Assembly (NCBI GenBank): GCA_965223545.1
Contig: OZ245006.1
Span: 5,152,001-5,216,000 of the forward strand
Direction of reading: 5' to 3'
Length of the DNA stretch: 64,000 nt
Source: Planctomycetota bacterium
Lineage (GTDB): Bacteria > Planctomycetota > UBA1135 > UBA2386
How positions within the stretch are numbered: position 1 is the first letter of the stretch; the number at the start of each line of letters is the position of its first letter. The position numbers were made by a program, and so were the translations under genes. Shown in pieces: positions 1 to 10,181 of the stretch. The notes beneath the pieces are model-generated. The model ran no database searches and had not been told where the DNA came from. It saw only the letters and a list, made by a program, of their open reading frames with translations.

Positions 1-2
1 GG

Positions 3-2990
3 TCACTGCCGCCAGTAGCTGCCGAGCACCTGCACGCCGGGCGCGGGCACGGTCGCGACGCGGCGCCCGCTACCGACCTCGAGGACGTCGACCACGCCGG
101 CGTCGGCGAGGCCGACGAACAAGAACTTCGGCTCCAGGGCGGGGCGCGGTGGACCGTTGAGCTTGACGGTGCCCTTGCCCGAATGGCCCAGGGGATTGGA
201 CGACTTCAACAAGCTGCCGCTCACCTGGTCCGGTGCTGCGCCCCAGTTGAAGATCTCGTCGTACGCGAGATCGACCGGCGCGTTGCCGGACAGCTGCTCG
301 CGCACCGGCGTGGACGGGTTGCCGCCGCCGTAGCGCTGCGTGACCCGCCACACTTTTTGCCGGAAGGTCGGCGGCAGCGTCACTCCACCGGCCGTCGGCG
401 CGGTCGGGCGCGGACCGATCGGAGACGACGTCAGCTCGAGGCGTGAGATCTGACCGAGGCCGCGGGGATCGCGGTGCGCGACCAGAGCGCCCGACATGCC
501 CGCCAGAGGATCGTGCACGATGCGCGTGGCGCCGTCGAACCGCACTCCCGGCACCTGACCGGTGATGTCGTCGAAGCCTAGGCCGTTGATGCCCGCGGGG
601 CCGGACTCGTAGATCGCCACCGTGCCGTCGCGGTTGAGCAGGTAGGCGTAGTAGAGCTGAGACGTGTTGCCGGTCAGGGAGTAGCGCTCGGTGACGGCCA
701 GATCGATCGGCTCGCTCAGCGAGCCGCTCAGCACTTTGCGCACCGAGAAGTCCGGCTGCAGCAGGCTCAGTGCATTGGCACCGGGGCTGAGGACGAGGAT
801 GGCCTCGCCGTCGGGTTGGTAGGCCACCTTCGTCGGCCCGGGCTCGACCCTGGTCTCGCCGATGATCTGGTGGAAGCCGGGGCTCAGCGGGTTGATGTCG
901 ATGAACGTGACCGAGTCCGAGCCGAAGTTGGTGACCGCGAGAACGCGCAGGTCGGGCGCGATCGCCATATCGGTCGGGTCGCTGGTGTGGATCGAGTCGA
1001 GCACGGTCATGCGGTTGCTGTTGAGCACCAACACCTTCCTTTGATCCCGGTCGAGCACGTAGAGGAAGTGGCCGACCTGCTGGCGGGAGCTGTAGGGGCA
1101 GAACGGTGTCGGCGGCGGCGGCGAGGCCGGTGGTGGCTGTGGTCCTGCGAACACACCGAGGACGGCGCCGCCGAAGACGCCGATCTGGCCCGGAGTGTTC
1201 GCGTTCGGGTTGCCCTTGCCGAGGAGGTTGACCGGCGACGCGAAGCACGGCGGGGAGGCGAGCACGATCCGACCCGGGGGGCCCTGCGTGGACGTCACCG
1301 TCGGCTCGTCGGTGAAGATGCCGCGCGCCGGGTTGGGCGGCGGAAACACCAGCCGCGGGGGGTTGGGGTGCGGCGCAAGCGAGATCGTGTTGCCGGGTTG
1401 GTTGACGCCGACGATCGGGTTGTCCTGCAGCGCGCCGCTGGCGTTGCGGTTGATGTTCTCGTTGTTGAAGACCAGATCGAGGGGCTGCCCGATCTGGATG
1501 TCGCCCACGTGCACCAGCAACGGGTCGCGGACCAGCCGAGTTTGCCCGCGCGCGCTCTCGGTCAGCGTGAACACGCCGGCGCCGCCGCCGTCGATCGCGC
1601 TGGAACCCGGCTGCAGCGGGGGAAAGACCGGTTGGCCGAGGTTCGGGTTGAGGGAGAACCGCGACTTTGCCGGATCGCCGGTGCCCTGGCCGAAGCCGTT
1701 GAGGTCCATTACCGACACCCCCGGGTTGGAGCCCGACAAGCCGATGTACAGCGCTTCCGGCGCCACCGGTGCATTGACCAGATCCGGACCCGCGCCGGTC
1801 GTGAAATCCGTGGTCGCATCCGCACCGAGGGCCATGCCGTGCAGCGACCGCACCGTCGCGGCATTGACGGTCACCGTGATCTTGGTGTCGCCCTCGAGCG
1901 GCCACGCCGGGCGCAGCGCGTAGCGCGTGAAGTCGCCAAACGACACCGGGTCGGCGTGGTAGGGCACGGTGTACCGCTTGCCGCCCGTTTCGGCGGCCAG
2001 CGTCACGCCGCCCGCCGGCGGCGTCGGGTTGCCGGTGACGAACAGCGCGCCGACGCTGCTCGGCCGCACTGGCTTGTCGAATTGGATGACGATCTCGGTG
2101 GCGGGATCGACGCCGGTCTCGCCGTTGCCGGGCTGGATCGATGGCGGCCGACCGGCGCTGACGCCGAGCACGTCGGCGGGGTGCGGGTCCGGCCCCACCG
2201 TCGTCGCGGTCTGCACCTCGTGCGTCAGCGGCGCGCCGTGCAGATCGCGCACCGCGGCGGAGACGCCGATGCGCAGCAGCCGGTCGCGCGGGAAGGTCTC
2301 CAACGTCGCCAGATCACCGTCTTTGTCGGCGACGAAGACGAACGCCGAGGGTGCGACCAGTGCTGTATCGCCGGGAAAGCCGCTTGGGAAGCCGTTGGCC
2401 ACCGGGTCGACGACTTCCAAGCGACCGCCCCGGTCGACGACGGCGGTGACCAGCTCGAGGCCACCGCCGCGTTGGACCACGGTCTTGCCGCCGACGAACG
2501 CGCGGCCGGCGAGGGGTTCGGTGCGCTCGGTGTCTTCGTCGTACGTCGTCAGCGCGATCGCCGTCGTCAGGCCCGCACTCGTCTGGGCGGCGAGCTGTGT
2601 GCTCAGCACACTCTGCTCGTCGAGCGCGTGGCTGAACGAGATCGCGAGGTACTGATTGCCGGCCCGGCCGTCGGGAAGCGTCGCCGTGGTGCCGAAGGCC
2701 GCGACCGGCAGCACCGGGTTGGTCGGCGTCTGGTTGCGCCGCAAGACGTCGATGCTGTCGATGTTGACCACCGCCGTCGTCGCCGTGCCGTTGGCGCCGA
2801 CTTGGCGGATGCGATGCGGATAGACCTGACCCAAGCCGGTGGTCACACTCCGTACCGAGAAAGGGCCGCGATTGTTGGGATCTCCCGCGCCGCCCGATCC
2901 ACAACCGGCCAGCGCCAACGCGGAGATCGCGATGCCGACGCCGGCGCATCGCCTGGGGCGCAAAAACGATGGGGAGTGGGTGTTGTTCAT
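3..2990 (-). CDS. Large secreted lipoprotein: Ig-like (Big_5/SbsA-type) domains plus YVTN-like beta-propeller
   Basis: ORF 3..3248; start chosen at MNNTHS. Lipobox LALAGC; Ig-like motif PGNGETGVDPATEIVIQFDKPV; propeller repeats such as VTNFGSDSVTFID. Confidence 0.75.
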   Translation of the reverse strand: MNNTHSPSFLRPRRCAGVGIAISALALAGCGSGGAGDPNNRGPFSVRSVTTGLGQVYPHRIRQVGANGTATTAVVNIDSIDVLRRNQTPTNPVLPVAAFGTTATLPDGRAGNQYLAISFSHALDEQSVLSTQLAAQTSAGLTTAIALTTYDEDTERTEPLAGRAFVGGKTVVQRGGGLELVTAVVDRGGRLEVVDPVANGFPSGFPGDTALVAPSAFVFVADKDGDLATLETFPRDRLLRIGVSAAVRDLHGAPLTHEVQTATTVGPDPHPADVLGVSAGRPPSIQPGNGETGVDPATEIVIQFDKPVRPSSVGALFVTGNPTPPAGGVTLAAETGGKRYTVPYHADPVSFGDFTRYALRPAWPLEGDTKITVTVNAATVRSLHGMALGADATTDFTTGAGPDLVNAPVAPEALYIGLSGSNPGVSVMDLNGFGQGTGDPAKSRFSLNPNLGQPVFPPLQPGSSAIDGGGAGVFTLTESARGQTRLVRDPLLVHVGDIQIGQPLDLVFNNENINRNASGALQDNPIVGVNQPGNTISLAPHPNPPRLVFPPPNPARGIFTDEPTVTSTQGPPGRIVLASPPCFASPVNLLGKGNPNANTPGQIGVFGGAVLGVFAGPQPPPASPPPPTPFCPYSSRQQVGHFLYVLDRDQRKVLVLNSNRMTVLDSIHTSDPTDMAIAPDLRVLAVTNFGSDSVTFIDINPLSPGFHQIIGETRVEPGPTKVAYQPDGEAILVLSPGANALSLLQPDFSVRKVLSGSLSEPIDLAVTERYSLTGNTSQLYYAYLLNRDGTVAIYESGPAGINGLGFDDITGQVPGVRFDGATRIVHDPLAGMSGALVAHRDPRGLGQISRLELTSSPIGPRPTAPTAGGVTLPPTFRQKVWRVTQRYGGGNPSTPVREQLSGNAPVDLAYDEIFNWGAAPDQVSGSLLKSSNPLGHSGKGTVKLNGPPRPALEPKFLFVGLADAGVVDVLEVGSGRRVATVPAPGVQVLGSYWRQ

Positions 2991-3234
2991 GCTTGCAGAG
3001 CTCGCTGGTTCGTGGGCGGGTGCCGTAGTCACTGGTGGCGTGCTCATCACTCGTTCGGGTTGGCGGCCCGGGTGCAACGAACCGCGCAATCTCGCGGTCC
3101 GCGGGCGGCTCTGCGGAAGTGCACGAGTTTTCGGCGGTCGATTGGTGGCGAGCGGCAACCGGTGGCGAGGAGCGCGGCGCCTCGGACGCACGGCCCCGCG
3201 AACGCGTGCGGCTGCAGCTCCGAGGTTGATTCGC

Positions 3235-4665
3235 ATGAGGCATCCCAAACAACACCCCTCGGCCGCGGCGCGGTCGGTCTTCCTCTTCGGTCTCGCCTTG
3301 CTGCCCCTGGTTCATCTGCGTGCGCAAACGCAGTGGCGTCGCCTCGCGATCGGCGCCAGTCCGCCGCCGCGGCATCAGGCATCGATGGCATACGACCCGG
3401 TCCGCGATCGTTGCCTGATGGTCGGTGGAATCGGCGACGCCGGGCCCACCATCGCCGATGCGTGGGAGTGGGACGGCTCCGCTTGGCAGCGCGTGCCGTA
3501 CCCCGTGCGCTTCGGACATTTCAGTCCGCCGATGGCGCATGACCCGGTGGGCGGCGGCATTCTCGTCCTGCTGTTCGACAATGCTGGTCTGCCGTCGACT
3601 TGGCGGTGGAACGGCGGCTGGACCCAGGTCGCCACCGCCGCGCAGTCCCCGCCGCTGGGGTCGTTCGCCGAGAGTGCCATCTCCACCGCACCGGGGGGCG
3701 TCCTGGTCTTCGGGGGCGGTTCCTTGCCGATGGACGAGACTTGGTTTTGGGACGGCGCGCGTTGGACGCGGCAGGGCTCGGTGGTCACGCCGCCGGGCCG
3801 CCGCGCCGCGCACATGGCCTATGACGCGCGCCGCCAACGCGTGCTGATGTCGGGAGGGACCGTGCCGCCGGTGCTCTTCAACGACACCTGGTCGTGGGAT
3901 CGCCGCAACGGGTGGACGCCGGTCGCGGTCGGTCCGTCGCCGTCGTTCTGGCGCATGGAGTACGACCACCGGCGCGATCGCATGGTCAAGGTCGGCTGGG
4001 GTGGTGGGCCGTCGTCGGGGTCGCCCGGGGGGCCGCCGTCGGGCTATGCCTTCGGCACCTACGAGTTCGATGGTGGGGCGGTGCGCTGGGACGCGCGCGC
4101 GCCGGTGGGTGCGCCGAGTGGTCGGTCGGGCTTCGCGATGGCCTACGACCAAGCGCGCGGCCAGGTGGTGATGTTCGGCGGCTTCCCCGGCATGGCAACG
4201 GACGAGACCTGGGTGTACGAGCCAGTGGTCGCGGCTTCGTTTCAGACCAACGGGCCGGGCTGCAGCGGCGCGGGCTTACCCGCTCTGACGACCACCATGG
4301 CGAGCGGGCTGCCGTGGTCGGGGCAGCGGTTCGAAGTCGCGGTGTCCAACGTCCCCGGTCCGACGCGTGTTCCGGTCGCTCGGCTGATGATGGTCGGTGG
4401 CTCGATCTCGCGGTGGGGCGCGGTGGCGTTGCCGCTCGACCTCGGCGGGTTCGGCCTTCCAGGCTGCCGGTTGCTGGTCAGTCCCGACGTCATCTCTCCA
4501 CTGGTCGCGTTGCCCGGCGGAGGCTGGGGCTGGGCCGCCGACATCCCGCCGTCGCCGGGATTGCTCGGCCGGTCGTTCTACCTTCAGGCGCTGGTGTCTT
4601 CGGTCGCGCAGCCGGCGCAGCTCGTGGTGAGCGACGCGGGCCTGGCGCTCATCGGCGGTCTGTAG
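3235..4665 (+). CDS. Secreted kelch-like/galactose-oxidase-type beta-propeller protein with conserved C-terminal domain
   Basis: Signal peptide ending LRAQ; repeats of MAYD..R...MFGG....DTWxWDG; C-terminal GxGC...PGC...QA domain. Confidence 0.8.
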   Translation: MRHPKQHPSAAARSVFLFGLALLPLVHLRAQTQWRRLAIGASPPPRHQASMAYDPVRDRCLMVGGIGDAGPTIADAWEWDGSAWQRVPYPVRFGHFSPPMAHDPVGGGILVLLFDNAGLPSTWRWNGGWTQVATAAQSPPLGSFAESAISTAPGGVLVFGGGSLPMDETWFWDGARWTRQGSVVTPPGRRAAHMAYDARRQRVLMSGGTVPPVLFNDTWSWDRRNGWTPVAVGPSPSFWRMEYDHRRDRMVKVGWGGGPSSGSPGGPPSGYAFGTYEFDGGAVRWDARAPVGAPSGRSGFAMAYDQARGQVVMFGGFPGMATDETWVYEPVVAASFQTNGPGCSGAGLPALTTTMASGLPWSGQRFEVAVSNVPGPTRVPVARLMMVGGSISRWGAVALPLDLGGFGLPGCRLLVSPDVISPLVALPGGGWGWAADIPPSPGLLGRSFYLQALVSSVAQPAQLVVSDAGLALIGGL

Positions 4666-5104
4666 CGCGGTGGTCGCCGCTGCCGGGATCGGTGGTGAAC
4701 AGCACCTGCAGGCGTCTACCGGTTGCGTCGCCGTTGAGGAGATCCGGCGGCAGCGCGAGCCGGAGCTCGAGGGGGCCCTGCCCCGGAATCTGCACGGTGA
4801 TCGGCCGTGGACCGTTCTCGTCGACCACGACGCGATGCACGCCGCCGCCGCGCTCCGTCCCGTCGTGCAGCAACCGGACCTCGACCGAGAGCGTGCGCAA
4901 GGTGCGTGCGGTGGCGTAGCCCGCTCCGGCGCACGCCGCCAGCACCGGTGCGAGCAGCCACAGCTGACGGCGGCGCCGCCGCGTCTCGGTCGATCGCCGC
5001 GCGCGGAGCTGCTCGCGGAGCTGCGCTGGCGCCGGCGACCCGAACCAGTGCTGCTCCGCCAAGCGGGCGAGCGCGGCGTCCAGCTCCGCCACGGTCAGCG
5101 CCAT
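4649..5104 (-). CDS. Putative membrane-anchored anti-sigma factor
   Basis: Overlaps the 3' end of the ECF sigma gene; one hydrophobic segment LWLLAPVLAACAGAGYA. Confidence 0.55.
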   Translation of the reverse strand: MALTVAELDAALARLAEQHWFGSPAPAQLREQLRARRSTETRRRRRQLWLLAPVLAACAGAGYATARTLRTLSVEVRLLHDGTERGGGVHRVVVDENGPRPITVQIPGQGPLELRLALPPDLLNGDATGRRLQVLFTTDPGSGDHRATDRR

Positions 5105-5685
5105 GGAGTGCTCCGGCGGTCGAGGACCTGACGCAGAGTGGCTCGAGCCCGGGACAGCCGCGACTTGGCCGTGCCCTCGGCGATGGCGAGGGTCTTGGCG
5201 ACTTCCTTCAACGGGATCCCCTCGAGGCAATGCAGCGAGACCACCGCTTGTTGGCTAGCCGGCAGGGAGTCGATCGCGGCGCGGGTGTGGCGCAGCTCGT
5301 CGCGGCTGTCGGCCGACCGATCGGGCGCGGCGTGCGTGGGGAACAGTGGCGCCAGCAGCGCGCGGGTGCGCCGCTCCAGAGTGCGCCGTCGGAGGTGGCG
5401 GGAGACCGTGAACGTCGCGATGCCCAGCAGCCAGAACTCGATGCCGACATCGCCGCGGAACTGCCGCCGGTTGCGAAACGCAGCCAAGAACACTTCGGCG
5501 GTCAGCTCGTCGGTGGCATCGCGTTGGCCGAGCCGGCGATAGATGTGCGCGGCGATGCGGCGGTAGTGCTGCTCGTAGATCGCGACGAAGCGGTCCGTCG
5601 CGGGGCCCGTTGGCGCGGCCGGGCGCGCCGACCCCGCCAGTCGGGTCAGGGGGGCGTGGCTCTGCGGAACGGGGCAATCGGACAT
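5095..5685 (-). CDS. ECF RNA polymerase sigma-70 factor
   Basis: Region 2 DELTAEVFLAAFR...FWLLGIA; region 4 LKEVAKTLAIAEGTAKSRLSRAR. Confidence 0.9.
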   Translation of the reverse strand: MSDCPVPQSHAPLTRLAGSARPAAPTGPATDRFVAIYEQHYRRIAAHIYRRLGQRDATDELTAEVFLAAFRNRRQFRGDVGIEFWLLGIATFTVSRHLRRRTLERRTRALLAPLFPTHAAPDRSADSRDELRHTRAAIDSLPASQQAVVSLHCLEGIPLKEVAKTLAIAEGTAKSRLSRARATLRQVLDRRSTPWR

Positions 5686-5697
5686 CGAGGCCAACGT

Positions 5698-5723
5698 AGT
5701 GTCTCGAATGCGGCGTGGGTTCC
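5698..5723 (-). promoter_or_regulatory. Putative ECF-dependent promoter of the ECF sigma gene
   Basis: Minus strand reads GGAACCC-N9-TCGAGACACT, 12 bp upstream of the ATG; mirrors the plus-strand copy. Confidence 0.6.
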
Positions 5724-5740
5724 CGACAAAGTTCGATGGT

Positions 5741-5766
5741 GGAACCCGGTCGACGGTCGGGATACT
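5741..5766 (+). promoter_or_regulatory. Putative ECF-dependent promoter of the Trx/PDZ gene
   Basis: GGAACCC-N9-TCGGGATACT, 9 bp upstream of the ATG; same spacing as the divergent copy. Confidence 0.6.
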
Positions 5767-5775
5767 CCCGTTGGC

Positions 5776-7113
5776 ATGTGGGCTTTCGGTGCCGAGCGTT
5801 CGCTGTCGGCCGCCGTTGCGGCGGCGCTTCTCTGGGGTGTGAGCACGCCCGCCCAGTCGGGCGTAGTGCCGTGGAGCGAGGTGCTGGGTGCTCCGCGCGG
5901 CGCCTGGCCCGAGCCCGCCGACGCAGTCGTCTGGCGCGACGATCTGCCCACGGCGTTGCGCGAGGCACGCGACAGCGGAAGACCGCTGTTCGTCACCTTG
6001 CGATGCCTGCCGTGCCAGCAGTGCGCCGCCTTCGACCAAGATGTGCTCGAAGGTGGGGAGGAGCTCTCGCCCCTGCTCTCGCGGTTCGTCACCGTGCGGT
6101 TGACCGACGCGGCGCAGATCGACTTGACGCGGCTGCCGGTGGAGGGGTTCCAGGATCTGGACTTGTCCTGGTGGGGGTACTTCTTGTCGCCGCGCGCCGA
6201 GCTGTACGGCGTGTTCGGTGGCCGCGACCACGTGTCGGACGCGACGCGCATCAGCGCGCCCGCCCTCGTCAACGCGCTGCGCCGCGTGCTGGATCACCAC
6301 TCGGACCCGCGCCGCGAAGGCTGGGGCATCGACGGACCGCCGGTCGCCGCCGACCGCGCCGCGCGCACGCCGCTCGAGCTGGCCGGCTACGGCTCCTGGC
6401 GCGAGCGCAACCCGCAGGCGGCGGCACAGACCTGCTTGCACTGTCACCAGGTCGCCGAGGTGCTCCGCCAGCCGGCGCTCGACGAGGCGCGGTTCGACAA
6501 GGCGCGGGCCATGGCGGTCTGGCCGCTGCCGGAGAATGTCGGGATCACCTTGGATCGCGATGACGGGCTGTTGGTGACCGCTGTCGCGCCGGACTCGGCC
6601 GCGGCGGCGGCGGGGGTTGAGGTCGGTGATCGCTTGGCGGCGGCCGGCGGGCGGCGCTTGTTCAGCCAGACCGACTTTCGCGGGGTGCTCCACCGCGGCG
6701 CCGACCCGGCGGGCGAGATCACCCTGCGTTGGCTGCGCGGTGCGCGCGCCATGCACGGTCGCCTTCGCCTGGCATCCGGCTGGCGTCGCACGGTTCTCGA
6801 CTGGCGCATGTCGATCTCCCAGGGCAACGTCGGCGCCGACCCGGGGTTCTTCCCGCTGGCGGCGCGCGGCGAGGCCGACGGCATGGCGGTGACGCCGTTC
6901 TTTGGCCGTGACGCGGCGCGCAGCGCCGCGTACGCGGCCGGCCTGCGGCCACACCACGTCGTCGTGGCGGTGGATGGAGTGCGCGACCGCATGGCGGGCC
7001 GCTCGTTCCTGGTGTGGTTTCGGCTTCGCTACGACCCGGGCGACGCCGTCGTGTTCACGGTGCGCGACGGTGGTGAGGAGCGCGACATCCGCGTCGTCCT
7101 GGGCTCGCGCTAG
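5776..7113 (+). CDS. Secreted thioredoxin-like / PDZ domain protein with a CxxCH motif
   Basis: Signal peptide; Trx-like W..D...AL.EA..SGRPLFVTLRCLPCQQC; CLHCH; PDZ VTAVAPDSAAAAAGVEVGD. Confidence 0.8.
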   Translation: MWAFGAERSLSAAVAAALLWGVSTPAQSGVVPWSEVLGAPRGAWPEPADAVVWRDDLPTALREARDSGRPLFVTLRCLPCQQCAAFDQDVLEGGEELSPLLSRFVTVRLTDAAQIDLTRLPVEGFQDLDLSWWGYFLSPRAELYGVFGGRDHVSDATRISAPALVNALRRVLDHHSDPRREGWGIDGPPVAADRAARTPLELAGYGSWRERNPQAAAQTCLHCHQVAEVLRQPALDEARFDKARAMAVWPLPENVGITLDRDDGLLVTAVAPDSAAAAAGVEVGDRLAAAGGRRLFSQTDFRGVLHRGADPAGEITLRWLRGARAMHGRLRLASGWRRTVLDWRMSISQGNVGADPGFFPLAARGEADGMAVTPFFGRDAARSAAYAAGLRPHHVVVAVDGVRDRMAGRSFLVWFRLRYDPGDAVVFTVRDGGEERDIRVVLGSR

Positions 7114-7226
7114 CGTGGGCGGCGGGTGGCTCGCGCGCCGGTGCCGGCGGGGTCTCGATCGTTTCTCGACATCGGCGCGAGCCGAGCCCGACAACCGAGG
7201 ACCGCGGTTAGGCTCCAGTCGTGCGC

Positions 7227-10142
7227 ATGCAGCGAGCTCTTCATTGGTGGTGTCTCCTCGTGTGTGCGCTGGCGCCGGCCGGCGCCGCGCAGGAGTTGCC
7301 GGTCTCCGAGGCGTTGGCGCGGGCGGTGGTCTTGGACGAGCAAGAGCACGACGCGCGGGGTGCCCTCGCCGCCTATCTCGCGGTCGCGGATGACGAGGCC
7401 GAGGGGGATGGTGTGCGCCGGCACGCGGCGCTGCGCGCGGCGGTGATCCAGCGGCGGCTCGGCGTCGACGAGGCCGAAGTGCGCGCGCTGCTGGAGCGCG
7501 CGATCGGTGGGGAGGGAGTGGCTGCCGATGATGGAGTGGCGGAACGTGCGCGGGCGCTGTTGGCGCAGCCGCTGGAGGCGGAGGCGAGGGCGCGGGAGCT
7601 GCACGCGCGCGCGGCGGCGCTGTGCGCGCGCATTGCCGACACGCCGGGGCAGGAGGCGGAGCTCGTGCAGGATCTGCTGTGGTTGGGAGAAGCGGCGGTC
7701 CCCGCGGTGATCGATGCGCTTTCGACCGCGCTGGATCAACCGTACGCCGGCGCCCCTCGCAGCGTCGTGTTTGCGCAAGTTCTGTGGCAGTTGGGGGGGA
7801 CGCGTGCGGCGGCTTTCCTGCGCCGGAAGCGCGATGCACCGGAGGAGCACCGGCTCGTGCTCGCGGAAGCCAGCAGAGTGGTGGCGCCCGACCTGGTTGA
7901 AGAGCACGCGGCACTCCTCGTCGATGCGGATGCGGCCGTGGTCCAAGCTGTCGTGGACCGCTTGCCGAAGCACGGCGTGACGCTGCGGCCGGCCCAGCTG
8001 GTCGCGGCGTTGGACCATGAGTCCGTCGAGGTCAGAGTTCGAGTTCTCGAGTACCTGCGGGGGCACCTGCACTTCTGCGAGGGCGCGCGAATGTCGGCGT
8101 TCGTCGAGCGTCTGGTGCCGCGACTGGGGCTCGCCCTGGACAGCGTCGATCCGGCCGAGGGCCGGGTGGCGGTGCGCGTCCTGCGTGCAATCGCAATGCA
8201 GACCCGTTCGTCTCGCCACCTGCTGATGGATCGATTGACGAGCGGGCCGCTGACGGGGGCGCAGCGCGACGCCTTGGTTCTGTCCAACGGCCAGACGTAC
8301 GAGCCGCGCGTCCCGGTCTCGATCGGGTCCGCCGAGGACGTCGATCGCGTCGGTGCGATGCTTGTCGCGTTGCGGGACTCGGTCGATGGTGAGTCCGCGG
8401 GTACTCTCTCGAACGGTCTCATCCCCCAGCTACTGAAGCTCTACATGAACGCGTGGCAGCGGCCAGCGCTGCCCGTGGTCGTGAGTGCATACCAGCTCCG
8501 TGCACTGCACCCGAATCTGGTCTACCAGTGGCTGCGCGACCACGCGGCCGCGGACGACGTCGCCGAGGTCCTCGGGCAGATCGAGGGCATGCCGTTCGAC
8601 CCTTCTCTGCTCAACGCGCTGCCAACGGGTGCCGCGCACTGGCCGTTGATTCGCGCTTGGGCAGAGCGTTCCGGTGTGCAGCCGGGGGGGGACGGCGACG
8701 CCGTTGCCGCTGTGCTGTACCGGGCGAGTCGGGCCGCGACACCGGATGCATTGGCGCTGGTGCGGGCGTGGTTGAGCCGGCCGGCAGTCGCCAAGCACTG
8801 GGAGGCTTGTCTCAGCGGACTGCTGGAGTCTGGCGGACAGTCCAATGCCCCCGGCGTGGCGGCGTTGATGCACGAATTGGCAGTGTGGCCGGTCGAGGAC
8901 AGTTCGCGCGAGCACCGGTTTCGCAACGGCGTGGTCGCGTGGCTGACCCGGCAGGGCGACGTGCGCCTGGCAGAGATCACCGAGGCGGTGGTCTCCATGG
9001 TTGGGAATCACCAGGACTCCTACGTCCCCGGCGTGGATGCGTCCCGCGTAGAGCAGGCGCTGCCGCTGACGCCCGGTGGTACCCGTCAGGCCCGCCGGTG
9101 GCCGACCGGGGCGGAGTGGCTCATCGCCGGCGCGTGGCGCGGCAACGTCTGGCAGCCGTGGCACGGCTTCGACGAAGCCCAGTGGATCGAGCTGCTTCGG
9201 CCTCGGGCAAGCAACGACCTCAAGTTTGCCGCGCGCGCCTTTGCTGCGGGAGGCAGCGCGCAGGGTTACGGCGTGGCCACTCCAGCTCTGGTCGACCTGG
9301 TCGCGGAGGTCTGCCTGCGCGCGCTGCGTGCGGGGCGCGCGGACAAGTTGCTGCACGACGCAGCGCGTGCGGTGCTCGGCGCCGCCCGGCAGGCGGCCTA
9401 TGAGGGCGAGCGCGTCGGCACGCTTTGGCGGGAGCTCTTGTTGTCCGGGCAAGCGCAGCTGCAGAAGGCCGCGCTGGGATGGCTCGCCGGTCCGCCGGAG
9501 CCCGCCCAACACCGCACGCTGCTCGATGCGCTCGGCCGGACGGTCGACCGGCAAGTCGCCGAGGAGATCGCCGCCGCGCTGCGCACGGGCGGCGCCGAGC
9601 TCTCGGTCGAGGACTTGGCCCGGGCCCTGCAGAGCGATCGAGCGCCGGTGCTGGAGGTGGTGTTGGCCAAGCTCGCGCCGCAGCTCGGGGCGGCCGCGCT
9701 GCCGCAAGTGTTGCCGGTGCTACAGCGCGAGCCGGGTGCCGTCCGCGCCGCCGCCTGCGCCTATCTCGGCAGCCTCGGCGACCTCCGCGCCGTGCCGCCC
9801 CTGCTGGTCGCGCTGCGCGATGCCGATGCCGGTGTGCGCGCCGCGGCGACCGAGGCGCTGCGCGCGGTGCGCTTCTACCACGAGCAGAAGGCGCACTGGG
9901 ATCGCGTCGCCGCTGGCCAACCGCAGTTGTCCAGCCAGGCCGCCGCGGCGGCGCTGCTGCAGCAGGCCTCCGCCGATCAGCCGCGCGCGCGTCGGCTGCT
10001 GGCGATCGCGGCGTTGGGCCGGCTCGGGGTGCCCGAGGCGTTGCCGCAGCTGATCGAGTGGGTCGACGACGCTGATGCGGAGATTGCGGCGGCTGCGACC
10101 GCGGCCATCGCGCAGGTCCAAGCCGGCGGCAAGGCGCGGTAG
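7227..10142 (+). CDS. Secreted HEAT-repeat (PBS lyase-like) protein
   Basis: Signal peptide; repeats such as VRAAACAYLGSLGDLRAVPPLLVALRDADAGVRAAATEAL. Confidence 0.8.
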   Translation: MQRALHWWCLLVCALAPAGAAQELPVSEALARAVVLDEQEHDARGALAAYLAVADDEAEGDGVRRHAALRAAVIQRRLGVDEAEVRALLERAIGGEGVAADDGVAERARALLAQPLEAEARARELHARAAALCARIADTPGQEAELVQDLLWLGEAAVPAVIDALSTALDQPYAGAPRSVVFAQVLWQLGGTRAAAFLRRKRDAPEEHRLVLAEASRVVAPDLVEEHAALLVDADAAVVQAVVDRLPKHGVTLRPAQLVAALDHESVEVRVRVLEYLRGHLHFCEGARMSAFVERLVPRLGLALDSVDPAEGRVAVRVLRAIAMQTRSSRHLLMDRLTSGPLTGAQRDALVLSNGQTYEPRVPVSIGSAEDVDRVGAMLVALRDSVDGESAGTLSNGLIPQLLKLYMNAWQRPALPVVVSAYQLRALHPNLVYQWLRDHAAADDVAEVLGQIEGMPFDPSLLNALPTGAAHWPLIRAWAERSGVQPGGDGDAVAAVLYRASRAATPDALALVRAWLSRPAVAKHWEACLSGLLESGGQSNAPGVAALMHELAVWPVEDSSREHRFRNGVVAWLTRQGDVRLAEITEAVVSMVGNHQDSYVPGVDASRVEQALPLTPGGTRQARRWPTGAEWLIAGAWRGNVWQPWHGFDEAQWIELLRPRASNDLKFAARAFAAGGSAQGYGVATPALVDLVAEVCLRALRAGRADKLLHDAARAVLGAARQAAYEGERVGTLWRELLLSGQAQLQKAALGWLAGPPEPAQHRTLLDALGRTVDRQVAEEIAAALRTGGAELSVEDLARALQSDRAPVLEVVLAKLAPQLGAAALPQVLPVLQREPGAVRAAACAYLGSLGDLRAVPPLLVALRDADAGVRAAATEALRAVRFYHEQKAHWDRVAAGQPQLSSQAAAAALLQQASADQPRARRLLAIAALGRLGVPEALPQLIEWVDDADAEIAAAATAAIAQVQAGGKAR

Positions 10143-10181
10143 CGGGGGCCGCGATTGATGAATCGGAGCCTGACCTGAAAC

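Noticed and set aside
816..3542. Long antisense or alternate-frame ORFs (also 15942-18140, 47852-50611, 53651-56590)
   Set aside because: Shadow ORFs typical of high-GC DNA; they overlap genes with clear motifs and have Arg/Ala/Pro-rich composition.
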